Shown in pieces: positions 46,401 to 58,000 of a DNA stretch of 64,000 bases. The first letter of the stretch is position 1. Every line of letters starts with the position of its first letter. Below the pieces are notes generated by a model, which worked only from the letters and a program-made list of their open reading frames with translations, was not told where the DNA came from and made no database searches. Both the position numbers and the translations under genes were made by a program. Source of the DNA: Oculina patagonica (taxonomy: Eukaryota); contig NC_135765.1 of NCBI RefSeq assembly GCF_052425735.1, positions 1,240,001-1,304,000 of the forward strand. Direction: 5' to 3'.

Positions 46401-49400
46401 GTGAAGTCGATCCAAATGTAAACCCTGAACCAGTAGATGGTGTATCCGATCCAAATGTAAACCCTGAACCTGTAGATGGTGTAGCCAATCCGAATGAAAA
46501 CAACGGTTTCGTAACTTTCGTTTGGCCTTGACGTTGGTCTTGACGTGGTTCTGCGCCTGATTTTGGACTTCTACAAGCAACACACTCAACTTTATCACTG
46601 TCGTTTCTCACCATACAGATGTCGCACTCCCAAGATCCTTCAGCAGCTTTAAACTTAGTGAGAAGATCTTCTTTGACTTCTTCCTGCCTTTTGTCTTCCT
46701 GAATTGCATTCAACGGTGTCTGGTTTTTCAACATTTCTGGGCACGAACTGGGTGTCTTCAACATTTTTTGGCATTCTTCAAACGTCTCTTTGAATAGCTT
46801 AGCGATGTCTTCTGATTTAAACCTCACCGCAAGTACTTCTGCATTGCACTCCTGCTCAGAAAAGTCTGCCAGAGTGCTCCACACCCAGGATTTCTCTGAC
46901 CCTGCATTGGGCTGTAGTTTCATGTCAGTTGTTATCTGATGATTTGCACAAATTTTCAACACCTGATCGCGACGCATCAGAACTCTCATCTTTCCTGATT
47001 GTCTATTTCTCAACAACTTTATATCCCCGACTCCTCGTTCTTTCCATTGCTTGTCCCCTGATACAAATCGATACAATTTGGTTCTGTAGGAACTGAACTC
47101 TGGTACAAATCGATACAACTTGGCTCTGTGGGAAAACATGACTTCTTCGTCTTCTTCGCCAGTTTTTACATCAATCTTGTCAGGAAGTGGAATAATTGGC
47201 TCAAAGTGAGGGCCATCATGGTCATCTTCTTCTCCTTTATCTTCTTCTTCTTCTTCTTCTTCTTCATCATCATCATCATCATCTTCTTCATCTTCATCTT
47301 CTTCTTCGCCTGGTTTTAGAGTTCCACAAGCAACACACTCAACTTTATCACTGTCGTTTCTCACCATACAGATGTCGCACTCCCAAGATCCTTCAGCAGC
47401 TTTAAACTTAGTGAGAAAATCTTCTTTGACTTCTTCCTGCCTTTTGTCTTCCTGAATTGCATTCAACGGTGTCTGGTTTTTCAACATTTCTTGGCACGAA
47501 CTGGGTGTCTTCAACATTTCTTGGCATTCTTCAAACGTCTCTTTGAATTGCTTAGCGATGTCTTCTGATTTAAACCTCACCGCAAGTTGTTCTGCATTGC
47601 ACTCCTGCTCAGAAAAGTCTGCCAGAGTGCTCCACACCCAGGATTTCTCTGACCCTGCATTGGGCTGTAGTTTCATGTCAGTTGTTATCTGGTGATTTGC
47701 ACAAATTTTCAACACCTGATCGCGACGCATCAGAACTCTCATCTTTCCTGATTGTCTATTTCTCAACAACTTTATATCCCCGACTCCTCGTTCTTTCCAT
47801 TGCTTATCCTCTGATACAAATCGATACAATTTGGCTCTGTGGGAAAACATGACTTCTTCGTCTTCTTCCCCAGTTTTCACATCAATCTTGTCAGGAAGTG
47901 GAATAATTGGCTCAAAGTGAGGACCGTCATGATCATGGTTACCCTCTGTTGTGACATGGTCATCGTCAGCATTCCGAGCTGCAAACAGCGGAGAACCTGC
48001 ACCAGAACCAAACAGAAAGTTTGACTTGCTTAGGGTTGATATCTCTTCAGGATCATCACTTCTTGTTGGCTGGTCTTGTTTGCTGTGATTTTAAAATAAA
48101 AGTGTGGTGTAAATGACATTGCAAAAGGCCCTCTTAAAGGCCCTCTAGACACTAGAACACTGCGAGTGTTGCGTGACTTGAACACTGCGAGTTTTGCGTT
48201 ACATTATAATTCATTGTGTCGTACATGTAGTATGTTCAACTTTCTTGTATGAGCCTGCGATCCTTGTGGTTGCCTCGTGGTTTCAGTTGGCCGCCATGTT
48301 TGTATAGACAGAGATTTGGTGATTAAAACCTAGTATTTCTGCTGGCAATCGTCTTCTCTCATTTACAACAAAAAGAATTTAAATTAATTTCCTAATGGCT
48401 GTTATAAAACTTAAACCAAAACAGCCATATTGAAAACAAAACAAAAACTTAGGTGAAAGATATGGAAAATGCAAATGAGCCAATAAATGATTGGTTTTGG
48501 CTTTTAAATAAGTGGCTGAAAGAGTCTTTACTCCAATTGTAATTGATGTGTCACAAAATCTTAGTCACGGGAACAAAATTGACGAGAGAAAATAACCTGA
48601 CCTTAAATTTACCAAAACTTACGCATGCCGTATTTCACTTAAAAATGCACTTTATTTGTCAGAAATTGTGAAATGTCATGAACAGTCTTCACCGTAATTT
48701 ATATGTTAGTATTATTCACACTGACAGACCATTACCTACCTTGCAACTGTCTCTGATTGACTGGAGCAGGTTTCAGGCGACAAGTGTTCATAGCCAAATA
48801 AGTTATTTGGCAATTCCAGGCATTTGGCTGTCTTCCTTTGATCATCTGTAACCTCTGCTGTTTTAGACAATTGTTCAACAGATCCAACAGCAGACTTGAT
48901 GGAGCTGCATGCAATGCATTTCGAGTTCCCTGCGTTGTTTTCGACGTAACACACTTCACAAGTCCATGCATCTGGAGCTGCAACAAATGTCGACAAAAAT
49001 TCTTTATAAAGTGTACACCCAGCTCCTTGTTGATCTTCAGCTGGTTCCGTTTCAACGACAGAAGCAGTCGTAGTTATCGGTTTGACCTCTGCTGTTTTAG
49101 ACAAAGGTTCAACAGATCCAGCAGCGGACTTGATGGAGCTGCACACAATGCATTTCGAGTTCCCTGCGTTGTTTTCGACGTAACACACTTCACAAGTCCA
49201 TGCATCTGGAGCTGCAACAAATGTCGACAAAAATTCTTTATAAAGTGTACACCCAGCTCCTTGTTGATCTTCAGCTGGTTCCGTTTCAACGACAGAAGCA
49301 GTCGTAGTTATCGGTTTGACCTCTGCTGTTTTAGACAATTGTTCAACAGATCCAACAGCAGACTTGATGGAGCTGCATGCAATGCATTTCGAGTTCCCTG

Positions 49401-52400
49401 CGTTGTTTTCGACGTAACACACTTCACAAGTCCATGCATCTGGAGCTGCAACAAATGTCGACAAAAATTCTTTATAAAGTGTACACCCAGCTCCTTGTTG
49501 ATCTTCAGCTGGTTCCGTTTCAACGACAGAAGCAGTCGTAGTTATCGGTTTGACCTCTGCTGTTTTAGACAAAGGTTCAACAGATCCAGCAGCGGACTTG
49601 ATGGAGCTGCACACAATGCATTTCGAGTTCCCTGCGTTGTTTTCGACGTAACACACTTCACAAGTCCATGCATCTGGAGCTGCAACAAATGTCGACAAAA
49701 ATTCTTTATAAAGTGTACACCCAGCTCCTTGTTGATCTTCAGCTGGTTCCGTTTCAACGACAGAAGCAGTCGTAGTTATCGGTTTGACCTCTGCTGTTTT
49801 AGACAAAGGTTCAACAGATCCAGCAGCGGACTTGATGGAGCTGCACACAATGCATTTCGAGTTCCCTGCGTTGTTTTCGACGTAACACACTTCACAAGTC
49901 CATGCATCTGGAGCTGCAACAAATGTCGACAAAAATTCTTTATAAAGTGTACACCCAGCTCCTTGTTGATCTTCAGCTGGTTCCGTTTCAACGACAGAAG
50001 CAGTCGTAGTTATCGGTTTGACCTCTGCTGTTTTAGACAATTGTTCAACAGATCCAACAGCAGACTTGATGGAGCTGCATGCAATGCATTTCGAGTTCCC
50101 TGCGTTGTTTTCGACGTAACACACTTCACAAGTCCATGCATCTGGAGCTGCAACAAATGTCGACAAAAATTCTTTATAAAGTGTACACCCAGCTCCTTGT
50201 TGATCTTCAGCTGGTTCCGTTTCAACGACAGAAGCAGTCGTAGTTATCGGTTTGACCTCTGCTGTTTTAGACAATTGTTCAACAGATCCAACAGCAGACT
50301 TGATGGAGCTGCATGCAATGCATTTCGAGTTCCCTGCGTTGTTTTCGACGTAACACACTTCACAAGTCCATGCATCTGGAGCTGCAACAAATGTCGACAA
50401 AAATTCTTTATAAAGTGTACACCCAGCTCCTTGTTGATCTTCAGCTGGTTCCGTTTCAACGACAGAAGCAGTCGTAGTTATCGGTTTGACCTCTGCTGTT
50501 TTAGACAAAGGTTCAACAGATCCAGCAGCGGACTTGATGGAGCTGCACACAATGCATTTCGAGTTCCCTGCGTTGTTTTCGACGTAACACACTTCACAAG
50601 TCCATGCATCTGGAGCTGCAACAAATGTCGACAAAAATTCTTTATAAAGTGTACACCCAGCTCCTTGTTGATCTTCAGCTGGTTCCGTTTCAACGACAGA
50701 AGCAGTCGTAGTTATCGGTTTGACCTCTGCTGTTTTAGACAAAGGTTCAACAGATCCAGCAGCGGACTTGATGGAGCTGCACACAATGCATTTCGAGTTC
50801 CCTACGTTGTTTTCGACGTAACACACTTCACAAGTCCATGCATCTGGAGCTGCAGCAAATGTCGAGCTATTCACTGTTCCTTCGTCACTCTTTCCAAGTG
50901 TAAATGGTACGCTATTCACTGGTCCTGCATCACTCTTTCCAAGTGTAAATTTGGGCTTGCTTTGATCTGGAATCGGGCACAATGTAGGATGGCCAGTGAC
51001 AGTGGGACAGCCATAATTATTCTGAAGGAGGAGAGATAGAAAAAAGTGCGATCTGATAAATTCGAGTATTGAAGTATTGAAGGGCGAATATGACACTGGC
51101 AACAACGAAATACTGTGTCAAGCAAGTTTTGAAACCTTGGAGGTTGCTCCCAAAGCAACACTGATTTGAGTATATATTAAGTAGGACGTTTTCGTAATGT
51201 ACGTTCGTTGCAAACGAAAAGCAAAAATAGCACGTTACTTATGCCTGGATTTGCAATTTCTTTTGACCTTTCTGTAAAAGATACAGATACTTCTTGATCA
51301 TAAGGAAGTTAAAGGAGAAAACGTTTTCCTTACTGATGATCACTGAAGTTATAAGTTATTCGTTAATTTTCCAAGTCTAAACTGTATTGTATTGTATTGA
51401 AATTGCCTTACGTTGCGTTGCTTTTGCATTGTGTTGTATTACCTAATCTGAAGCCCAATTGTTGTATCGCAGTGAAATGAACACCACATACCTTTAGTAC
51501 TTCTCTTGACAGCTTCTTTTCTGTCGTCTCTCCAGTTTGAGAGTTTGGGTGATTAAGTTTAGCCTGAGGCTTCGACAGGGACTTAGACTGGTTAATTTCG
51601 TGGGACGACCTGTGAAGCTTATTTTCTGCCCCTGTTAGTTTATCGAACACAACCTTAAGTTGAGCGTAAAATCCCTCTTTAACCGCACTTAGCATCTCCT
51701 ACGAAGAAAGAGCAAGACCAAAAATAAGTAATAGTAGGTTATATGGGGATGAGGATTATCTGATAAGGTTTAAAGGACGGAAAATTGAAATTCACCTGGC
51801 TACCTCGTTTCATCTCACAATAGAACCCAAACATGACGCCTCAGTGCTAGTTTAAATCTGCGTCTGCGTTCGGGCCTAGAGGCCCATCAGGCCGTAGTTG
51901 AACCGGTTTCCAAAGAATTAAGTGACAAAATGTATTTCTACTCCCCCTGGCCAGATGGGATTTATCCCAGCATTAAATTAAACAACTGGGATGATAGAGG
52001 CACTGTGAGAGTAAAGTGTCTTGCCAAAGAACACAACGCAGGCTAGTGACCCAGGTGAGGGCTTGAATCCGGAATGCTCGATCCGGAGTCCAGTTCGCTA
52101 ACTGCGCCTCCCATGCATGACTCCTCAACGCCATCACAGATAATAACAAACAGACCCCATTAACTATGTATGTTTAAGCGATATAGGTCCATGCAAATCC
52201 TTAAATTGTCGTAAAGTTTACGGAGAGTGGAAATGGAAACAAATTTGCTGAAACTGTAGACGTTTTTAGCAACGTGTTAAAACTTACGTTAAGGAAGCCG
52301 TCAAACTCCTTTCGCGTAGCCATCTCAGCCTTCGCTGTGGAAAGTATAGTTTCCAGTGCCTCTATGCTGTGTTTGTTCTTGTTCCTCTCTGCGATGAAAA

Positions 52401-53686
52401 GAATCTGCGGGAACAAATATGTACAGGTATGTTCAGCTTTTCGAAATCAGTGATGTATAATAGTGGTCGTGGTCCAGATGAAGAATGACAGCTTTCCCAC
52501 AATGCAAAACCGCGTTCATTCCCAGCACGGGATCGCAAGATGGCGGGTTTTCTTCGTGAATTTGTAGATGCTCTCTACGGATAATGATATGGATTAATAA
52601 CCCCCTAATTATCATGCTTTTCCCGTTTTTTGGCCAGTGAGATGCAAAACTACCCTTGGTGTCGGAGATAGGTTGTCGGGATATAGGGAGGGAGGTGCCA
52701 GGTACTCCCCTGTATGGGTCAGCCGGTCTGTGGTACTGCAGCCGTCGGTATTTGCATCATGTAAAGCACAATGCTGAGAGTGCTTTTCGGTAGATATCTA
52801 AGGATAACTCTTCTGTTGGGTAAAAAATACCAGAGCTGTATATAAGGAATTTTTCAGCTTCCTGAAAATGCAGCAATTTCGTTTCGCGTTGACGGTAACT
52901 AGTTCAATCAGAAAACCACAGACATATTGTGAAAACGATAAAGAAAAAGGGTTACGAAGAAAAAAACTCTGAAGTAAACAGCGATTATTTATAGGTAACT
53001 TATCAACAATGTTACGGTTTGACATGAACCTTTACCTTGTACTCCTCCGCTTGTTGAGTCATAGACTTTAATTTCTCTGCCAAATCCTTCTCAGCTATCT
53101 CTTTTTCCATCACCTATACCAACCCATGTGAGAACAAAAGAATCAGATGAATTTATGATCAGAAATTGATAAAGAAAGGGAAGAAAACAAGACTTAAGGG
53201 AACTTGAAGTAGCCAGGTTACCTGATAACTTACCTCTTTTTTGGCTTCCAAAAGTTCTTTCTTTGTTTTTGCCAAAGTCGACTCCATGTTAATCGCTCTT
53301 TCCTCCAGTTGCTCTCTTTGATTATCAATAATATCTAAGTGTTGCACAAACGAGAGAGATCTGTTCTAAACTTACAACAGACATCATAGGTTTGGTTTCA
53401 TTTGACGAGTTTTCCTTACCAGTAAATGAGCTACAACGTATTAACTGTACATGTATCCCAACATTTTCCCAACGTCAGTATAGTGTCTGGATTTGTAATT
53501 TGTACATTAATCTTCACATACGCGTTTGACTACACGGGATAGTTGTTTGGACACCTAATAAGTTTATGTGTTACCTATCTGAGACTGGTAGCCTTCCAAT
53601 TTCTTCTCCAGTCTGACAATCTTTCCTTGAAGCGCCCGTTCTCTCGCAGAAAGGGACTGCTCCAAGACGTGAGGATCTCCATCCAT
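43444..53686 (-). CDS. RanBP2/Nup358-derived protein B (about 2511 aa): coiled coil, 9 tandem zinc fingers, 2x(RanBD + zinc finger), FG/GLFG array, terminal zinc finger
   Basis: Exons 53686-53575, 53334-53234, 53113-53036, 52404-52288, 51698-51492, 51021-48740, 48082-43444 join in frame (7536 nt). RanBD motif WKERGVGDIKLLRN..KICANH twice; WECDICMVRNDSDKVECVAC fingers. Small extra exons between 51492 and 51021 cannot be excluded. Confidence 0.85.
43900..46490 (-). repeat. FG-repeat array: 39-bp units (about 45165-46490) followed by about 35 36-bp GLFG/GVFG units (about 43900-45165)
   Basis: GSATPSTGSGFTF and GSAAPSTGPEFTL 13-mers, then SGLFGSAAPSTT 12-mers. Confidence 0.95.
48850..50870 (-). 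repeat. 234-bp (78-aa) tandem repeat, each unit carrying one RanBP2-type zinc finger, 9 fingers
   Basis: DAWTCEVCYVENNAGNSKCIxC recurs at exact 234-bp spacing. Confidence 0.95.
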
Positions 53687-54559
53687 TTCTCAGAACTATA
53701 TTGTTTCTAGAACTACCAAACTGCGTTTGTGGACAAAAAAAAGGGTTGGAATCGTTAGTACAACACTGAAATTACTAGAACGTGATTTTATAACTGCCGT
53801 TAAACTGTCCAGTCTGTTCCCCAACCACACAGCCGCGCACAGCTCTACCGCCGCCCCCCACTCCAGCCCAGAGAGTAGCGATGTGTGACGGCTTTGATGC
53901 GGCAACTTCTACCCGTGAAAACGCCGAAATAAATGTTGTAGTTTAATCAGGTCAAAATGATTTTAAACTAGTTTGATTTGTATTTTCCTTTGTTCCAGAT
54001 TTATCACCATTATCCTTAAACAAAGGAAAATACAAATCAAATTAGTTTAAAATCATATACCCGCCTATCCCCGGATGTGTCGCAAATAACCAAGGACAAC
54101 ACCTAAAAAGTGTACCAAATGAGACGAAAAATTGATAGGGGAAAGTTATCCAACAGCACATTAGACTGACATCGCTGGTAAATAAAATATTTTCGGGGGT
54201 ACAGATGTCTTTATACCTAGGCTGATCTATATTTCAGAAATGGCAAATCATCTCTCATCTGCTCATTGCTTCCATAAAAAGAGTGTACAAACACCTCATT
54301 TTGCCCATAACGATTTAATGTAAAGGCTTTAATATTTGAATAATCCCAGCTATCTTATCGGATACAGACAAGTTCGACAACTGCGACAATAACCTAAGTA
54401 AAACGTCGACAAGATATTGTACAATAACAGTACATGTAAACCTGATCAAGCCTCTTCCCTCCGTGTGACTGAATTAATACGGTCCTCACCGCTTCTCATG
54501 ACTTGTTATAGTGCTTGAATGCGAAGTTCCACTACATTATACACCAAACAACAGATACC

Positions 54560-55044
54560 TGAGTTTAAAATGCGCCGTTGCTTCCTTCTTCGTAGACTGC
54601 ACAAAGAGGGTTTCCTAGAAAACAGGAAGTACAGACGTTGTGTGACGGGTGCGTGACCATGGATGAAATTATTTGTTTCCTTGCTATTATCATTTTTTAT
54701 CTTTATTTTTATGATCCACAAAAAGACTCGACTTTCGAAGATTGAACACGATATATATCCCCAAACAACAGATAAACGTTACAAGCAAATCATTTGTACC
54801 TCTGTCACGCACATCATGCACGTGGATTGCATGACCTTTTGCATGACCGTGGTCAGGCTGCTTACTGCACAGCGGAGAATGTTTGAAACTCATGCGTTAA
54901 GTCAAACGCCGACTTCGCGGTCTGGAAATTTTGAGATTTTGGTGCGATTTGTGCAAGGAAATGTACGAAAAATCGAACAGGCTTCCTAGCTAACTTGTTG
55001 TCGATTCTTTTGCACTGAGTTCTACGTTTTTAGAATCTTGAAAA
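54560..55044. promoter_or_regulatory. Putative bidirectional promoter, copy 2 (gene B / RANBP2)
   Basis: Shares the blocks AAACAGGAAGT and CAGCGGAGAATGTTTGAAACTCATGCG...GAAATGTACGAAAAATCGAACAGGCTT with copy 1. Confidence 0.55.
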
Positions 55045-58000
55045 ATGGTTTGGACAAAGGACGAGGTCGATAAATACGTGGTCCAAGTGGAACGGAACTG
55101 CGCCAACGCGCACGAGGTGTGCTCATTCATTTCGTGCATTTTGCCTCTCAGCTAAACCTTGAAAGATTAACAATTTCCTTTACGTATCTTACAGCGAAAT
55201 CTGAAGGGATTTGCCTTTGCAAGACTTTACAAGGAAGCATCGGACAATGAGAGCGCTAAACGGTTAGTTATCATGGTTATCTTTGTTCCCTTGACACTTC
55301 CTGTTTTGTGACTCGACAAATTTTGACAGAAGCAAAGCTTAATTATAAACGAAAAACGCTCACGATTAATTTAACACAATTATTGTTGATTGAATTTTGA
55401 TGTCCGGCACCGTTGAAAAATCTTTTTGTGCTATGTTGAATCTCGTTTTCTCTTTGAGATGCTTGTTGCTAGCGTTTCACTGGGGCAGATAAGGTATGCG
55501 TACATGTAAAAAGTGCATGCTAAGCATGTTTTTCTATGATCTGCAACTAAGATAATTCTTCTAAGATATCATTAACTTTGCCCAACAGATACCTGGAAGC
55601 TTACATCAGTGAAAGTGAAGGTGATTTCAGGTAAGTGAGTAAGGTCTACAAAAAAATCGGTTGCCATTTAGTATTATTTGTATTTGTGTTTGTTGTTAAG
55701 TAAATCAACCTGCACATAGACCCTAGCCTTCCAGTCTGAATCTCAGGATATCAACTCTCCTTAACTTACTGATTGTTCTACATTTGTTTTAAACTTAGTA
55801 CTGGGAATGTAGCGTACATAAAAAAATATCTCCTTGTCAATGATTTTCTTCATTTTCATTATATTTAACAATACCGTAGAATTGCGGTTATAAGCCCTGG
55901 GCTTATACAACTTCGTAAGGGGTTTTGGGTGGGCTTTTAAACGGAGGGGCTTATATCTGGGAGGGCTTATAAGCAGAATGAAAAAAACGTTTCGAAAAGA
56001 GCCACGGGAGTGTTGATGGAAATATGTTTTTAAGTTAAAAACGCATAATAAAGCAACATTTAGCCCTATTCAGTACTGCCATCCAGTAGAGGGGGCTTAT
56101 ATCCGGAGGGGCTTATAATCGGATGTATTTTTTTGTTTCTAAGCAGATGGGCCTATAACCGGAGGGGCTTATAAGTGGGGGGGCTTATAACCGGAATTTT
56201 ACGGTATAATAATAATAATAATAATAACAGTTCTTAGCACGCACTTTACATACGTCTCAGTGCGTTTACATTTGAAATTTAAAAGTAAAAAAAAAAACCC
56301 GATTTAAATTACAATCAGATAAAAATACGCTAAGGATAACCTAATTTAATTACAATTGATAAAAAATAAAAATAAAAATGACAATAAAAACATGGCGAAC
56401 TTGTTAAAAATATATCGACCTAAATAAATATGTCTTTAAAATTAAAATAAAATTTAACAAACTTCATGAATTTGTGGCTACATAAGTCATCATGTTTATG
56501 CAAAATTGAATTGATCAACATTATTTACTTATATTTCCAGGGGTCATTGTCTTATGGGGCAGTTATATGAAGGAATGGGACAGTTGGAAAAGGCTGTGGC
56601 CTCATATAGAAGGTTCTAGTATTTTTTTTATATACCGTATTTTTTAAACAATAATTCCACTCGCGCTTGTTGGATATGAGATCGTTATAGCCAACATGGC
56701 GCTATGCGCCTTGTTGACCATCTATCATCTCATATCCAAGCACGCTAGTGGAATAATTGTTAAGTATTTTATTCAAAGTACAAGATGCTACAAGCTTATG
56801 ACAAGTCTAGGATAGAAAATGTTGCACATAAATCAAATCTACAGTACCCGCTCCGAGATAAGAGCACCATCAAACTCATTGACAAAAAGCAGTCAATGCT
56901 TTGTTGCATTATAGCCAATGCATTTAGAAACAAGTTTTTCATCAACACATTTCACCTGTTATTAATTTTCAATAACAATTATTATAAAATTGTAACTTGC
57001 TACAGTCGGGAAAGACAAGAAAACTGTCACATTTGAAACGTGTAGGATAACCACAGCCACAATGTTATATGCAACAAAGTTATAACTGTTTACACTAATC
57101 CTAAGAGCCAGTCATCAACGCAACAACCTGCGCTCAGTCTAGATAGTTGCGATCAGAAGTGTACATTGCATTTGGTGACTGTGTATTCACAAGGAGTGCA
57201 CAGCTCAGGATCTGGCTGTTCTTTTAACGTACCAGTATGCAAGAAGGTACACTGTATCTTGAAGATTGTCTATATACACATATTTGTGAGAAACATCTAT
57301 CACATAAATTTATTTGTAACAAACTTTTTTGTAACTAGCTTTATGTTTGACCTATAACAATAACATTTATTGTTATAATAATTTACCAGTACTTAATGTT
57401 TTATTTTATGTATTATTATTGTTTTAGGTCCTTGGAATTAAACAACACTCAAAAGGAATTGGTTTTAAAAGGTTAGCTTACCAGCATATAGCCAGACAAA
57501 AATTCTTTCCAAGGCAATATCAGAAAAACCTCACTTTTATATTTAAAGTATTTTATCAGTGTATAGCCTCCTACAAAAACCAGAATAAATATATAAATTC
57601 AATTTTTTTTACCGAGGCAAGTGCCTGGGGTCACCTGTTACTACCTACGGCCGTGATTACCTACAATTATAATCATGGATGTCTTCTTTGTTACCATCAC
57701 ACAGTATTCTTGAAGATTTTCTTACAAATTTTGGCTTTTGAGAGCCCCCTCCTCCTTGGAATTTCTAATGACCTTCCATGGGGTGGGTATGGATATTTTC
57801 TGGAACTGCACAATTAAAAGCAAATTATGGGGCTTAACTGGAATTTCTAGAGGGGTGGGGGGATTCAAACCAAAAACCTTCCATGTGAGGGCTATGGATA
57901 TTTTCTGGAACAACACATTACACTTTGGTTGTTTTTGTCTTCAAAAATTATGCAGTTCAGCAGAGAAAGAGATCAAATCCCATAAAAGCACTTATTTCTA

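Noticed and set aside
43457-46531. 1024-aa plus-strand ORF (PEVVDGAADPNK) and the 475-aa LDQLHHLQ ORF
   Set aside because: Alternative frames of the FG array; only the minus frame continues into RanBD and zinc-finger domains.
48838-51039. 733-aa Cys-rich plus-strand ORF and repeated 71-aa ORFs
   Set aside because: Shadow frames of the 234-bp zinc-finger repeat.
51100-51271. Additional small exons in gene B
   Set aside because: Acceptor-like sites exist but lead to a stop or a weak donor; 51492->51021 already joins in frame.
43444-53686. Gene B as NUP153
   Set aside because: Zinc fingers plus C-terminal FG repeats fit, but Nup153 has no RanBP1-type domains; the RanBDs, IR remnant and paralogy with gene A point to RanBP2.
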